From Caulobacterales bacterium (lineage in GTDB: Bacteria > Pseudomonadota > Alphaproteobacteria > Caulobacterales > Caulobacteraceae), in the NCBI GenBank assembly GCA_044445825.1, contig JBIOEG010000003.1:7267-71266 (forward strand): 64,000 bases of DNA, written 5' to 3'. The notes beneath the pieces were generated by a model. That model did not search any database and had not been told where the DNA came from. It was given only the letters and a program-made list of their open reading frames with translations. The position numbers and the translations under genes are program-made. Below are positions 1-11,322 of this stretch, in pieces. The stretch's first letter is position 1. Each line of letters starts with the position of its first letter.

Positions 1-78
1 CCTAGCACCGATGAGGGCGCGATTGAAGGCTGGGCGGTGCGGCGTGGGCGGCCAACCGTCATCCCGCCCCCCTCAGCT

Positions 79-126
79 CGTCACCCCGGGCGAAGCCGCA
101 ACGCGGCGAAGACCCGGGGCCTGACG
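79..126. repeat. REP-like GC-rich stem-loop downstream of RNase J
   Basis: CGTCA-CCCCGGG ... CCCGGGG-TGACG arms enclosing an inner GCCGC-AAC-GCGGC hairpin. Confidence 0.4.
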
Positions 127-236
127 GACCGCCGCCAAGAATTCGATCGTCTTGGAGCCGGCGCGTCCGGCCCCGGCTCTGCGCACTGCGTGCTCCGGCC
201 GGGGTGACGAGGTTGGGGGCGTCGCGGCTTGCCCAC

Positions 237-1916
237 CTAGATCCGCAGCACCGTGGTCTCCACCACGGGCCGGCGCTCCCAGATGCGGAACGCGGCCTTC
301 TTCACCACGCGGGAGATGGCGTGCTCCACCGCCTCGTCGTCGTCGCGGGCGTCTGCCGTGAGCTTCTTCAGCGCCTGTTCGGCCTCGTCGGCGAGGTCGC
401 CCTCGGCCTCATCCAGGGGATAGTCCTCGTCGCCCGGCAGGCCCAGCACGCGCACCTGCGGGCCCGAGGCGATGTGGCCTTTGTGGTCCAGGGCGACGGC
501 GATGGTGATCATGCCGTTGTAGGCGGCGTGGCGGCGTTCGCGCAGGGCGTCGCCGTTCTCGGGGGTGACCATGCCGGCGTCGACATAGAGCCGGCCCGAC
601 GGGACCTCGTCGATGACCACGGCCTCGCCCGGCGCCAGGCGCACCATGTCGCCGTTGCGCGGGGCGATGGCCTGCGGGACCTGCAGGTCCTTGGCCAGCG
701 CCGCGTGTTCCAGCAGGTGTCGCCGCTCGCCATGCGTCGGCACGGCGATCCTCGGCCGCGCCCACTGGTACATGCGCTTCAGCTCGTCGCGGCAAGGGTG
801 CCCGCTGACGTGGATGCCCGGGTGATCGCGCTCGGTGTAGAGGCGCACGCCCCGGTCGGCGAGCTTGTTCTGCAGGTTGCGGATCGGGACTTCGTTGCCC
901 GGGATGATCCGCGACGAGAAGATGCAGGAATCGCCCTGCCCCAGCTTCACGTGGTGGTGCGTGCCCTCTGCGATGCGCGACAGGGCGGCTCGCGGCTCGC
1001 CCTGGCTGCCGGTGCACAGGTAGAGGATGTTTTCCGCCGGGAAGTAGCCGGCCTCGGCGTCGGACACGAAGGGCTGGATGTCCTGGAACAGGCCCACCGA
1101 CCTGGCCGCCGCCGCCATGCGGATCATCGACCGGCCCACCAGGCATACCCGCCGATCGTTGGCCTCCGCGGCGCGGATGATCGAGTCCATGCGCGCCACG
1201 TTGGAGGCGAAGCAGGCGGCGGCGATCTTGCCCTTCAGCTGGCCCACCAGGCGGTTCAGCGTCACCCGCACGTCGGCCTCGGAGCCGGCTTCTCCGTCCA
1301 CGAAGACGTTGGTGGAGTCGCAGACCATCGCCAGCACGCCCTCGTCGCCGAGCCGGCGGATGGCGTCGACGTCGGTGGGCGGCCCGAGCAGCGGGTCCGG
1401 GTCTATCTTCCAGTCGCCGGTGTGCAGGATGGCGCCGAGCGGCGTGCGGATGGCCAGGCCGTTCGGTTCGGGGATCGAGTGGGTCAGGGTGATCAGCTCG
1501 AGGTCGAACGGCCCCAGCCTGAAGCGGCCGGACAGCGGCACCTCGGTGATCGACACGCGGTCCAGCAGGTCCTTCTCGCGCAGCTTCTCGCGCAGCAGGA
1601 ACGCGGTGAACGGCGTGGCGTAGAGGGGCGCCCTCAGCCGCGGCCACAGCCAAGCCACGGCGCCGATGTGGTCCTCGTGCGCATGCGTGAGCACGATGCC
1701 GATGATGTCCTTGGCGTATTCCTCGATGAAGCTGGGGTCGGGCAGGATGATCTCCACGCCCGGCGTCGTCTGGTCGCCGAAGGTGACGCCGAGGTCGACG
1801 ACGATCCACTTGCGCGCGTGCGGCGGGCCGTAGCCATAGAGATTGAAGTTCATGCCGATCTCGTTCGACCCGCCCAGCGGCAGGAAGACGAGTTCGTCCA
1901 CGGATTTTGCGGTCAT
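237..1916 (-). CDS. rnj: Ribonuclease J (metallo-beta-lactamase/beta-CASP)
   Basis: [19 protein letters not shown] and HVSGH motifs; start reassigned to the ATG at 1916 ([11 protein letters not shown]), which overlaps the coaX stop (ATGA). Confidence 0.95.
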   Translation of the reverse strand: MTAKSVDELVFLPLGGSNEIGMNFNLYGYGPPHARKWIVVDLGVTFGDQTTPGVEIILPDPSFIEEYAKDIIGIVLTHAHEDHIGAVAWLWPRLRAPLYATPFTAFLLREKLREKDLLDRVSITEVPLSGRFRLGPFDLELITLTHSIPEPNGLAIRTPLGAILHTGDWKIDPDPLLGPPTDVDAIRRLGDEGVLAMVCDSTNVFVDGEAGSEADVRVTLNRLVGQLKGKIAAACFASNVARMDSIIRAAEANDRRVCLVGRSMIRMAAAARSVGLFQDIQPFVSDAEAGYFPAENILYLCTGSQGEPRAALSRIAEGTHHHVKLGQGDSCIFSSRIIPGNEVPIRNLQNKLADRGVRLYTERDHPGIHVSGHPCRDELKRMYQWARPRIAVPTHGERRHLLEHAALAKDLQVPQAIAPRNGDMVRLAPGEAVVIDEVPSGRLYVDAGMVTPENGDALRERRHAAYNGMITIAVALDHKGHIASGPQVRVLGLPGDEDYPLDEAEGDLADEAEQALKKLTADARDDDEAVEHAISRVVKKAAFRIWERRPVVETTVLRI

Positions 1917-2692
1917 TTGGCCGCCAGATGGGTGTTCCGGCGGTGGATTTCGAGCAGGCCGCGGATGGTGAGGTCGTGGTCGAAATAGTCGATCGATGCG
2001 GTGGCGCCTTCGAACAGCGAAGCGACGCCGCCGGTGCCGATCACCGTCATGGGTTTGCCCCACTCCTGCTTGATCTGCCGCACCAGGCCTTCGATCATCG
2101 CCACATAGCCCCAGAACACGCCGGCCTGCATGGACTCCACAGTGTCGCGGCCAATCACGTGGGCCGGCCTCTGGATGGCGATGCGCGGCAGGTTGGCGGC
2201 CGCTTCGTGCAGCGCCTGCATCGACAGATTGATGCCCGGCGCGATGGCGCAGCCTTCGAGGCCGCCGTCGGCCGCCACCACGTCGAACACCGTGGCGGTG
2301 CCGGAGTCGATGACGATCAGGTCCCCGGGATAGGTGATGTGCGCGCCGATGGCGTCCACCAGCCTGTCGGCGCCGGCTTCCGACGGCTTGGTGATGCGAA
2401 CCTCCATGCCGAGATCGACATTGTCGCCCACCACCATCGGTTCCTGATGCAGGTATCTGCGCGAGAGGTTGCGCAGGTTGAACAGGGACTGGGGCACGAC
2501 GCTGGAGATCACGCAGGCGTCGAGAACGCCCAGGGCCAGACCCGCGAGGCTGAGCAATTGGGACAGCCAGACGGCGTATTCGTCGGCCGTGCGCGTGGAT
2601 TCGGTGGCGGTGCGCCACTGGGCGAGCCACTTCTCGCCGTCATGCACCGCGAACAGCGTGTTGGTATTGCCTTGGTCGATGGCCAGCAGCAT
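1913..2692 (-). CDS. coaX: Type III pantothenate kinase
   Basis: [25 protein letters not shown] and IAPG motifs; sits in the birA-coaX-rnj cluster. Confidence 0.95.
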   Translation of the reverse strand: MLLAIDQGNTNTLFAVHDGEKWLAQWRTATESTRTADEYAVWLSQLLSLAGLALGVLDACVISSVVPQSLFNLRNLSRRYLHQEPMVVGDNVDLGMEVRITKPSEAGADRLVDAIGAHITYPGDLIVIDSGTATVFDVVAADGGLEGCAIAPGINLSMQALHEAAANLPRIAIQRPAHVIGRDTVESMQAGVFWGYVAMIEGLVRQIKQEWGKPMTVIGTGGVASLFEGATASIDYFDHDLTIRGLLEIHRRNTHLAAK

Positions 2693-2694
2693 TG

Positions 2695-3435
2695 CTAGGC
2701 GCTCCCGAAGAACACATCGCCGGCGGTGATGCGCCGCACGGACCCGTCGGCCGTCCTAAGCCTCAGCGCGCCGTCCGCGTCCAGCCCCGCGGCGACCCCC
2801 TCGACGGTTTCATTGGGCAGTCGCGCGGTGCAGGGCTCGCCGAGGCCGTGGGCGCGGGCGGTCCAGGCATAGGCGATGGGCTCGAAGCCCGCCGCCTCCC
2901 ACAGCATGCGCCAGCGCTCGAAGGCTTCCGCCAGGACCGTCAGGGCTTCCAGCGGCTTGGGCGGCGGGCGGGTCAAGTGTCCGGCCAGGGATGTCGCCGG
3001 GCGCGCCGGCGCCATGGGCGCCTTGGCGAGGTTCACGCCAACGCCCACCGCCAGCCACAGGCCGTCCGCGGCGTGCGGCCCGGACTCGATGAGGATGCCG
3101 GCCGCCTTGCGACCGCCGATCATCGGATCGTTCGGCCACTTCAGGGTGACCAGCGACGGCGCCACCTGGCTCGACAGCAGGTCGGCGACGGCCAAAGCGG
3201 CGACAAAGGAGACCTGCGCCGCCTCGCCCGGCGGCTTCACAGTGGTCATCAGCAGCGTCGCCGCAAGGTTGCCCTCGCCGGTCTCCCAGGTGCGGCCACG
3301 GCGGCCCCGCCCGGCGGTCTGCCGGCTGGCGGTGATCCAAAGAGGCCCCCTGGCCCCCGCCTCCGCCCGGCGACGCGCCTCGGCGTTGGTGGAGTCGATC
3401 TCGTCCAGCACGTCGATGGGAACCGGCTTGGTCAA
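2695..3435 (-). CDS. birA: Biotin--[acetyl-CoA-carboxylase] ligase (no N-terminal HTH)
   Basis: [14 protein letters not shown] and KWPND motifs; TTG start. Confidence 0.93.
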   Translation of the reverse strand: MTKPVPIDVLDEIDSTNAEARRRAEAGARGPLWITASRQTAGRGRRGRTWETGEGNLAATLLMTTVKPPGEAAQVSFVAALAVADLLSSQVAPSLVTLKWPNDPMIGGRKAAGILIESGPHAADGLWLAVGVGVNLAKAPMAPARPATSLAGHLTRPPPKPLEALTVLAEAFERWRMLWEAAGFEPIAYAWTARAHGLGEPCTARLPNETVEGVAAGLDADGALRLRTADGSVRRITAGDVFFGSA

Positions 3436-3436
3436 C

Positions 3437-4867
3437 CTAACGGGCCGCGAGGGCGGCGGCGGCGGTCTGGGCCAGCGGATCGAGGGCGATCAGGGCCGCC
3501 ATCACCAGGGGAAAGGCGAAGAGCGCGGTGGCGTAGGCGATCGCTGTCGCGCCGCCCGCGGGCTTGTCGGTGAGGCTGGGCTGCGGGTCCAGCCACATCA
3601 CCTTGATCAGGCGAAGGTAGTAGAACGCCGCCACGACGCTGCCGACCAGCCCGGCGACCGCCACCGGCGCAAGCCCGGCATGCAGCGCCGCCTTGAACAC
3701 GTAGAACTTGGCGAAGAAACCGGAGAACGGCGGCAGGCCGAGCGCGCTGAGGCAAAATGCGGTCATCGCCAGGGCGATGCCCGGCCGTTCGCGCATCAGG
3801 CCGGCGAAATCGTCCATGGTCTCCATCGCCCGGCCGTCGCGGGTGACCGCGGACAGGCAGGCGAAGAAGCCGGTCACGTCGATGGTGTAGAGCACCATGA
3901 ACACCAGCATCGACTGCACGCCCTCCGCGCCGCCGGCGGCCAGACCGATCAGCGCATAGCCGATGTTGGCGATGGAGGAGTAGGCCCACAGGCGCTTCAG
4001 GTTTGTCTGGGCGAGGCCCGCGAAGGCGCCCACCAGCACCGAGGCCAGGGCGACGATCACCACCACCTGGCGCCACTGTTCGATGGCGCCGCCGAAGCCT
4101 TCGGACAGCAGCCGGGCGAACAGCACCATGGCGGCCAGCTTCGGCGCACCGGCGAAGAAGCCGACGATGGGCGTGGGCGCGCCTTCGTAGACGTCCGGCG
4201 TCCACATGTGGAACGGCGCGGCCGACACCTTGAAGGCGAGGCCGCAGATCAGGAACACCAGGCCGAACAGCACCCCGCCGCCGGCGCCGGCGTGCACCGC
4301 CCTGGCGATGACGTCGAAGTGCGTGGACCCCGCGAAGCCGTAGACCAGCGAGGCGCCGTAGAGCAGCAGGCCGGAGGACAGCGCGCCCAGCACGAAGTAC
4401 TTCAACCCGGCCTCCGACGAGCGCGCGTCGTCGCGCAGGAAGGCGGCGAGCACATAGAGCGCCAGGGAGTGCAACTCGATGCCGACATAGAGCGACAGGA
4501 GGTCGCCGGCCGAGGCCATGATGCTCATGCCCAGCGCCGCCAGGATCACCAGCACGGCGAACTCGAAGCGCTTCTGCCCGCGCCGGGCGAACCAGTCGTC
4601 GCCGAGCACTATGGCCACCGCGCTCGCGCCGAAGATCACCACCTTGGCGAAGGCCGCGCCGTCATCGGCGATCAGTCCGCCGGCGAACGCGCGGCCCGTG
4701 GGCCCCATGGCCGCGGCGACGCCCGCGGCGGCGAGCGCGCCGACGGCCGCGAGCGTGAACAGGGCGCCGGCGCGCTGGTGGAAGGCGCCCCACACGAGCA
4801 GAACCAGGGCCGAGCCGGCGAGGATCAGCTCGGGGATTGCGAGGGAGGCGTCGGAGGAGAGCGTCAT
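3437..4867 (-). CDS. nuoN: NADH-quinone oxidoreductase subunit N
   Basis: Polytopic; SEAGLKYFVLG and FKVSAAPFHMWTPDVYEGAP. Confidence 0.97.
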   Translation of the reverse strand: MTLSSDASLAIPELILAGSALVLLVWGAFHQRAGALFTLAAVGALAAAGVAAAMGPTGRAFAGGLIADDGAAFAKVVIFGASAVAIVLGDDWFARRGQKRFEFAVLVILAALGMSIMASAGDLLSLYVGIELHSLALYVLAAFLRDDARSSEAGLKYFVLGALSSGLLLYGASLVYGFAGSTHFDVIARAVHAGAGGGVLFGLVFLICGLAFKVSAAPFHMWTPDVYEGAPTPIVGFFAGAPKLAAMVLFARLLSEGFGGAIEQWRQVVVIVALASVLVGAFAGLAQTNLKRLWAYSSIANIGYALIGLAAGGAEGVQSMLVFMVLYTIDVTGFFACLSAVTRDGRAMETMDDFAGLMRERPGIALAMTAFCLSALGLPPFSGFFAKFYVFKAALHAGLAPVAVAGLVGSVVAAFYYLRLIKVMWLDPQPSLTDKPAGGATAIAYATALFAFPLVMAALIALDPLAQTAAAALAAR

Positions 4868-4955
4868 GCGTTCGAGCTCCCGAATCCGGCGCCGCCCCAG
4901 GCGTAGCGGCGCAGCTGCGAAGACCCGCGGTGACGCGACGTGGGGTGTGGCCTGG

Positions 4956-6437
4956 TCACTTCAGCACCGCCTGATAGCCGGCCACCAAGTGGTCGATGGC
5001 CGGGCCGGTGAGCTGGAAGATCAAATTGGGCTGCAGGCCCAGCACCACGGTGGCGACAATCAGCGGAGCGAAGATCAGCACCTCGCGCCGCTCCAGGTCG
5101 GCGATGGTCATCAGCGCGTTGTTGGTGATCTCCCCGAAGATCACCCGCCGGTAGAGCGGCAGGGCATAGACGGCCGACAGGATGACCCCGGTCGCGGCGA
5201 ACAAGGTGGTCCAGGTGGAGACGTTGTAGGTCCCGGTCAAGGTGAGGATCTCGCCCACGAAGCCGCTGGTGCCGGGCAGGCCCACATTGCCGAGGGTGAA
5301 CAGCATGAAGGTCGCCGCGTACCACGGCATGCGGTTCACCAGGCCGCCGTAGTAGGCGATCTCGCGGGTGTGCATGCGGTCGTAGACCACCCCGACGCAG
5401 AGGAACAGCGCCCCGGAGATCACCCCATGGCTGAGCATCTGGTAGAGCGCGCCCTGCTCGCCCACCACGTTGCCCGAGAAGATGCCCATGGTGACGAAGC
5501 CCATGTGGGCCACGGAGGAGTAGGCGATCAGCTTCTTGAAGTCGGTCTGCCGGAACGCCACCAGCGAGGTGTAGACGATGGCGATCACCGACAGGGCGAA
5601 GATCAGCGGCGTGAACTGATGGCTGGCCGCCGGGAAGATCGGCAGCGAAAAGCGCATGAAGCCGTAGCCGCCCATCTTCAGAAGGATGCCCGCCAGGATC
5701 ACCGAACCCGCCGTAGGAGCCTCCACGTGGGCGTCCGGCAGCCAGGTGTGCACCGGCCACATGGGCATCTTCACCGCGAACGACGCGAAGAACGCCAGCC
5801 AGAGCCAGGTCTGCACGGCCGGGTCGAACCTGTAGGCCATCAGCGCGGGGATCGACGACGTATGGGCGACGGCGATCATGTAGAGGATCGCCGCCAGCAT
5901 CAGCACCGAGCCCAGCAGGGTGTAGAGGAAGAACTTGAAGGCCGCGTAGACCCGCCGCTGCCCGCCCCAGATGCCGATGATCAGGAACATCGGGATCAGC
6001 TGTCCTTCGAAGAACAGGTAGAAGACGATCAGGTCCAGGGCGCAGAACACCCCGATCACCAGGGTCTCCAGCGCCAGGAAGGCGATCATGTATTCGAGCA
6101 CCCGCTCGTTGATCGTCTTCCAGCTGGCGATAATGCAAAGCGGCATCAGGAACGCGGTCAGCAGCACGAACAGGACCGAGATCCCGTCGACGCCCATGCG
6201 GTAGTGCAGGCCGGCGAACCAGGGCGCCTCCTCCTGGAACTGGAATCCCGCGCTGCTCCCGTCGAACTCGGCGACCAGCAGGATCGACAGCGCGAAAGTG
6301 GCGAGAGTGACGACGAGGGTGATCCAGCGCGCGGCGCTGGCGGCCTGCGCGTCGTGACCGGGCCGCGCCAGCCGCAGGATCAGGATCGCGGCGACTCCGA
6401 CCATCGGCAGGAAGGTGACGAGGCTCAGAATGCCCAT
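4956..6437 (-). CDS. nuoM: NADH-quinone oxidoreductase subunit M
   Basis: [20 protein letters not shown] and [13 protein letters not shown]. Confidence 0.97.
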   Translation of the reverse strand: MGILSLVTFLPMVGVAAILILRLARPGHDAQAASAARWITLVVTLATFALSILLVAEFDGSSAGFQFQEEAPWFAGLHYRMGVDGISVLFVLLTAFLMPLCIIASWKTINERVLEYMIAFLALETLVIGVFCALDLIVFYLFFEGQLIPMFLIIGIWGGQRRVYAAFKFFLYTLLGSVLMLAAILYMIAVAHTSSIPALMAYRFDPAVQTWLWLAFFASFAVKMPMWPVHTWLPDAHVEAPTAGSVILAGILLKMGGYGFMRFSLPIFPAASHQFTPLIFALSVIAIVYTSLVAFRQTDFKKLIAYSSVAHMGFVTMGIFSGNVVGEQGALYQMLSHGVISGALFLCVGVVYDRMHTREIAYYGGLVNRMPWYAATFMLFTLGNVGLPGTSGFVGEILTLTGTYNVSTWTTLFAATGVILSAVYALPLYRRVIFGEITNNALMTIADLERREVLIFAPLIVATVVLGLQPNLIFQLTGPAIDHLVAGYQAVLK

Positions 6438-6440
6438 GGC

Positions 6441-8462
6441 TCAGCGCGCTCCCTGCGAGAAGGACCACAGGGTGTAGGAGAGCAAGGCGGCGACGCCGAG
6501 AAGCATCACGAAGGCGTAGTGGTAGACGTAACCGGTCTGCGCCCGGCTGAAGATGCGCCGGCCGGCGGCGTAGGAGGCGGCGCTCACCCCGTCCGGGCCT
6601 AGCCCGTCGATGACCCTCTCGTCGCCGCCCTTCCAGAACAGGTCGCCCAGCCACCGCGCCAGGCGCACGAAGGTCGCGTCATAGAGCTCGTCGAAATACC
6701 ATTTTTTGTACAGGAACATCCACACCGGGCCCCGGCGGGCGGCGATCCGGGCGCCGAGGCCCTCGTTGAGGATGTAGGACCAGTAAGCTGCGCCGAAGCC
6801 GATCGTGGTGATCACCAGCGGGCCGAACACCACCCAGGTCGGCAGGCCCGCCTCTACGCCCGCGCCGCCCTTGGCGACGAGATGGAAGATCGCGCCGCGC
6901 CAGAACCCCGTACGGCCCTCGCCGACGAAGATCTCGTGGAAGGCGTAGCCGGAGGCCGCGGCCCCCAGGGCCAGGACCAGCAGCGGAACCAGCATCACCC
7001 AGGGGCTCTCATGCGGCGTGACGGCATGATGGCCGTGGGCCTCATGGTTGTCGGCGCGCCCGTGGTCCGCGTCGGCCCACTTCGGCGTCCCGTGGAAGGT
7101 CATGAAGATCAGCCGCCAGGAGTAGAACGACGTCAGGCCGGCGGCCAGAAGGCCGATGACGAAGGCGAAATATGCGACGCCGCTGTGCTGGCCGGCCAGA
7201 TAGGCCGCGTCGATGATCGCGTCCTTGGAATAAAAGCCGGCGAAACCGAGCTCTAAGCCTGGAATACCAACGCCGGTGATCGCCAGGGTGCCGATCAGCA
7301 TCACCGCATAGGTGACCGGCAGCTTCTTCCAAAGGCCGCCCATGGCCCGCATGTCCTGCTCGTGGTGCATGGCGACGATCACGCTGCCGGCGCCCAGGAA
7401 CAGCAGGGCCTTGAAGAAGGCGTGGGTGAACAGGTGGAACATCGAGGCCTGGTAGGCCCCCACCCCGGCGGCGAAGAACATGTAGCCCAGCTGCGAACAG
7501 GTCGAATAGGCGATCACCCGCTTGATGTCGTTCTGCGCCAGACCCACCGTCGCGGCGAACAGCGCCGTGACCGCGCCGACGACGGTGACGATCGCCTTGG
7601 CGTCCGGCGCATATTCGAACATCGGCGACAGCAGGCAGACCATGTAGACGCCCGCGGTCACCATGGTCGCCGCGTGGATCAGGGCCGAGACAGGTGTCGG
7701 GCCTTCCATGGCGTCGGGCAGCCAGGTGTGCAGCAGGAACTGGGCGGACTTGCCCATGGCGCCCACGAACAGCAGGGCGCAGGCCAGGTCCATGCCGTTG
7801 AAACTGTGGCCGGCGAACAGCCACGCCTGGTGTGCGTGAGCCGGAACCTGCGGGAAGATCTCGGCGAAGCGGATGGATCCAAACATCCAGAAGGTGGTGA
7901 TGATGCCGAGCGCGAAGCCGAAGTCGCCTATCCGGTTGACCACGAACGCCTTGATCGCCGCGGCGTTGGCCGTGGGCCGCTTGTACCAGAAGCCGATCAG
8001 GAGGTAGCTCGCCACGCCGACGCCTTCCCAGCCGAAGAACAGCTGCATGAAGTCGGAGGCGGTCACCAGGGCCAGCATGGCGAAGGTGAAGAACGAGAGG
8101 AAGCTGAAGAACCGAGGCTTGCAGTCGTCCTCGGCCATGTAGCCCCAGCTGTACAGGTGCACGAGCGCCGAGACGGTGGTCACCACCACCATCATCACGC
8201 CTGAGAGGGTGTCGATGCGCACGCTCCAGAAGGACTGGAACTTGCCGACGTTGATGAAGGGCGCGACGACCGTGGTGAAATGCCAGTCGCCGGTCATCAC
8301 GTGCCGGAATGTGATCCAGGCCAGAATGCTCGAGACGAACAGCAGGCCCGTGGTCACGCCCATGGAGATGCGGTCACCAATACGGCGGCCAAAGAAGCCG
8401 GCGATCAGAGCGCCCAGCAGCGGCAGCAGGACGAGTGCGGTGACGAGGACCTGAGGGCTCAA
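6441..8462 (-). CDS. nuoL: NADH-quinone oxidoreductase subunit L
   Basis: GKSAQFLLHTWLPDAMEGPTPVSALIHAATMV; probable TTG start at 8462 with a GAGG Shine-Dalgarno (ORF track extends to 8510). Confidence 0.97.
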   Translation of the reverse strand: MSPQVLVTALVLLPLLGALIAGFFGRRIGDRISMGVTTGLLFVSSILAWITFRHVMTGDWHFTTVVAPFINVGKFQSFWSVRIDTLSGVMMVVVTTVSALVHLYSWGYMAEDDCKPRFFSFLSFFTFAMLALVTASDFMQLFFGWEGVGVASYLLIGFWYKRPTANAAAIKAFVVNRIGDFGFALGIITTFWMFGSIRFAEIFPQVPAHAHQAWLFAGHSFNGMDLACALLFVGAMGKSAQFLLHTWLPDAMEGPTPVSALIHAATMVTAGVYMVCLLSPMFEYAPDAKAIVTVVGAVTALFAATVGLAQNDIKRVIAYSTCSQLGYMFFAAGVGAYQASMFHLFTHAFFKALLFLGAGSVIVAMHHEQDMRAMGGLWKKLPVTYAVMLIGTLAITGVGIPGLELGFAGFYSKDAIIDAAYLAGQHSGVAYFAFVIGLLAAGLTSFYSWRLIFMTFHGTPKWADADHGRADNHEAHGHHAVTPHESPWVMLVPLLVLALGAAASGYAFHEIFVGEGRTGFWRGAIFHLVAKGGAGVEAGLPTWVVFGPLVITTIGFGAAYWSYILNEGLGARIAARRGPVWMFLYKKWYFDELYDATFVRLARWLGDLFWKGGDERVIDGLGPDGVSAASYAAGRRIFSRAQTGYVYHYAFVMLLGVAALLSYTLWSFSQGAR

Positions 8463-8523
8463 GCGGCGGTCCTCGCGGACAGGTGGCGAACAGCGTAACG
8501 GCGTCGACAAGCGGCCACGGCGC

Positions 8524-8835
8524 CTAGCCCTTCATCATCGAGGCGTCGTCCACGGCGATGTCGCCGCGGTTCCGGAAGAAAGTGACCAGGATCGCTAGGC
8601 CCACGGCCGCCTCGGCCGCGGCGACGGTAAGCACGATCATGGCGAAGATCTGCCCGACCACGTCGTGCAGGAACACCGAGAAGGCGACCAGATTGATGTT
8701 CACCGCCAGCAGGATCAGCTCGATCGACATCAGGATGACGATGACGTTCTTGCGGTTCACGAAGATGCCGAAGACGCCGATGGTGAACAGCATGGCGGCG
8801 ACTGCGAGGTAGTGGGTCAGGCCGATGCTTGTCAT
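8524..8835 (-). CDS. nuoK: NADH-quinone oxidoreductase subunit K
   Basis: [15 protein letters not shown] and [10 protein letters not shown]. Confidence 0.97.
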   Translation of the reverse strand: MTSIGLTHYLAVAAMLFTIGVFGIFVNRKNVIVILMSIELILLAVNINLVAFSVFLHDVVGQIFAMIVLTVAAAEAAVGLAILVTFFRNRGDIAVDDASMMKG

Positions 8836-9446
8836 GCGTCGATCCCCTCGCCCGACTTGATCTTCACCACCCGCATGCCCGTGGCGCGGCTGCGCGCCAC
8901 CTGGGCGGCAATGTCCTGGCGCTTGATGTTCGGACGATGCTTGAGGGTGAGCACGATGGCGCCGATCATCGCCACCAGCAGCACCATCCCGGCCGCCTGG
9001 AAGTAGTAGATGTAGTCCGTGTACAGAACGTTGCCGATGGACTGGGCGTTGCTGACGTTGGTGGCCACGGTGGGTGTCGTGCTCGACGCCGCCGCCCCAT
9101 GGCTGGCTACCTGGAAGGCGACGATCACCATCTCCACCGTGAGCACTCCCGCCACCAGCAGCCCCAGCGGCAGATATCGCGTGAAGCCCTGGCGCAGCTG
9201 GGAGAAGTCCACGTCGAGCATCATCACCACGAACAAGAACAGCACAGCCACCGCGCCGACGTAGACGACGATCAGCAGCATGGCCAGGAACTCGGCGCCC
9301 ATCATCACGAACAGCCCCGCCGCCGAGAAGAACGCGGTGATCAGGAACAGCACCGAGTGAACGGGATTACGCGCGAAGACCACGCCCAGTCCGCCGAGAA
9401 TCGTCGCGGTCGCGAACACGTAGAAGGCGATCGCCTGCAGGTCCAT
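8832..9446 (-). CDS. nuoJ: NADH-quinone oxidoreductase subunit J
   Basis: [10 protein letters not shown] and [18 protein letters not shown]. Confidence 0.97.
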   Translation of the reverse strand: MDLQAIAFYVFATATILGGLGVVFARNPVHSVLFLITAFFSAAGLFVMMGAEFLAMLLIVVYVGAVAVLFLFVVMMLDVDFSQLRQGFTRYLPLGLLVAGVLTVEMVIVAFQVASHGAAASSTTPTVATNVSNAQSIGNVLYTDYIYYFQAAGMVLLVAMIGAIVLTLKHRPNIKRQDIAAQVARSRATGMRVVKIKSGEGIDA

Positions 9447-9530
9447 CAGACTGCCGAAACTCCCGTCCTGAGGCGCCGTGGGGCGCAGGCGCGCGATCGC
9501 ACGCAGCCCCCGCCGAGTCGCGCCGGTGTC

Positions 9531-10022
9531 TTAGCGATAGGGTGCGTCCAGTTCCAGGTTCTTCGCGATCTGCCGTTCCCAGCGGTCGCCGTTCTCCAGC
9601 AGGCGCTCCTTGTCATAGTAGAGCTCCTCTCGGGTCTCGACGGCGAACTCGGTGTTGGGGCCCTCGACGATGGCGTCCACCGGGCAGGCCTCCTGGCACA
9701 GGCCGCAGTAGATGCACTTCACCATGTCGATGTCGTAGCGGGTGGTGCGGCGGCTGCCGTCCTCCCGGGGTTCGGCCTCGATGGTGATCGCCTGGGCCGG
9801 ACAGATCGCCTCGCAAAGCTTGCAGGCGATGCAGCGCTCCTCGCCGTTGGGATAGCGGCGCAGGGCGTGCTCGCCGCGGAACCGCGGGCTCTGCGGCCCG
9901 CGCTCGTTGGGATAGAGCACTGTGGCCTTCGGGCGCAGCATCACGCGCATGGCCAGGCCGAAGGCGCCGGCGAAGTCCATCAGGGCCGCGCCCTTCATGG
10001 CCTGGGTGAGCCGTCCCATCAT
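9531..10022 (-). CDS. nuoI: NADH-quinone oxidoreductase subunit I
   Basis: Two 4Fe-4S motifs, [12 protein letters not shown] and [12 protein letters not shown]; start ATG at 10022 or 10019. Confidence 0.97.
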   Translation of the reverse strand: MMGRLTQAMKGAALMDFAGAFGLAMRVMLRPKATVLYPNERGPQSPRFRGEHALRRYPNGEERCIACKLCEAICPAQAITIEAEPREDGSRRTTRYDIDMVKCIYCGLCQEACPVDAIVEGPNTEFAVETREELYYDKERLLENGDRWERQIAKNLELDAPYR

Positions 10023-10252
10023 GAACCTTTCCGATCCTTCGCCCCGAGGCAGGCGTAGTCGGCGAGCCGGGTTGGATCGCCGCCGTCCTTCAGGCGCAGC
10101 TCGCCGCCGCGCTGGCTGCATTGGTCGGTGATCGCCTTGAGCCGGTCGTAGCTCGCGTCACCCTGCTCGTAGTAGGCCCGTCCCGTGTCCGACCCGCAGG
10201 CCGAGCAGATCAGAGCGAGCGAGGCGATCGCCATCAGTCCGAGCATCCTCAT
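10019..10252 (-). CDS. Small putative lipoprotein (77 aa) between nuoH and nuoI
   Basis: [19 protein letters not shown] lipobox-like signal; ATG overlaps the nuoH stop and TGA overlaps the nuoI start. Confidence 0.75.
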   Translation of the reverse strand: MRMLGLMAIASLALICSACGSDTGRAYYEQGDASYDRLKAITDQCSQRGGELRLKDGGDPTRLADYACLGAKDRKGS

Positions 10253-11319
10253 CGCCAGAACACCCTGACGCCGGCCACGATAGCCACGGCCGCTAGCGAA
10301 GTCGGCAGGAACACCTTCCAGCCCAGGCGCATCAGCTGGTCGTAGCGGTAGCGGGGAACGATGGCTTTCGCCATGGCCACCAGGAAGAAGAAGAAGATGA
10401 CCTTGGCGAAGAACCAGAGGAAGCCGAAGAAGCTCGCCGCCGTGGGGTCCCAGCTCTTCAGGAACGGCGTCGGGAACGGCGCCTGCCAGCCGCCGAAGAA
10501 CAGGATGCTCATCGTCGCGCAGATCAGCACGATGTTGCCGTACTCGCCGATCTGGAACAGCAGATAGGGGGTCGAGGAATATTCGACGGCGTAGCCGGCC
10601 ACGAGTTCGGACTCGGCCTCCGGCAGGTCGAAGGGCGGGCGGTTGGTCTCGGCCAGGCCGGAGACGAAGAAGATCACCGCCATGGGGATCATGACGAGGG
10701 CCAGGGGCAGCCGCGCCAGCCCGCCGCCGCCCAGCACGTTCCAGTTCCAGAAGCCGCCGGCCTGCTGCTCGACGATGGTCTGCAGGTTCATCGAGCCGGC
10801 CAGCAGGATCACCGTGATGATCACGAAGCCGATGGAGACCTCGTAGGACACCATCTGCGCGGCCGAACGAAGGCTGCCTAGGAACGGGTACTTCGAGTTC
10901 GAAGCCCAGCCGCCCATGATGATGCCGTAGACGCCCAGGGAGGAGATGGCGAACAGGTAGAGGATGCCGACGTTGATGTTGGACACAACCCAGCCGGGGG
11001 CGAGCGGGATCACCGCCCAGGCGCCGAACGCCAGGGTGAAGGCCACCATCGGGGCCAGCAGGAACACGGTCTTGTCGGCGCCGGCTGGCACCACGACCTC
11101 CTTCAGTACGAACTTCAGGAAGTCGGCGAACGACTGCAGCAGGCCGAACGGGCCCACCATATTGGGGCCCTTGCGCATCTGCACCCCGGCCCAGACTTTC
11201 CGGTCGGCGAGCAGCAGGAAGGCGAGCGACAGCAACAGCCAGATCAGGACGGCGGCGATCTGGCCGACCACCAGCAGGGTCCAGAGCGCCGCCGATCCCC
11301 AGTCGAAATCGCTCTGCAC
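10249..11319 (-). CDS. nuoH: NADH-quinone oxidoreductase subunit H
   Basis: [15 protein letters not shown] and [20 protein letters not shown]. Confidence 0.97.
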   Translation of the reverse strand: MQSDFDWGSAALWTLLVVGQIAAVLIWLLLSLAFLLLADRKVWAGVQMRKGPNMVGPFGLLQSFADFLKFVLKEVVVPAGADKTVFLLAPMVAFTLAFGAWAVIPLAPGWVVSNINVGILYLFAISSLGVYGIIMGGWASNSKYPFLGSLRSAAQMVSYEVSIGFVIITVILLAGSMNLQTIVEQQAGGFWNWNVLGGGGLARLPLALVMIPMAVIFFVSGLAETNRPPFDLPEAESELVAGYAVEYSSTPYLLFQIGEYGNIVLICATMSILFFGGWQAPFPTPFLKSWDPTAASFFGFLWFFAKVIFFFFLVAMAKAIVPRYRYDQLMRLGWKVFLPTSLAAVAIVAGVRVFWR

Positions 11320-11322
11320 GCC

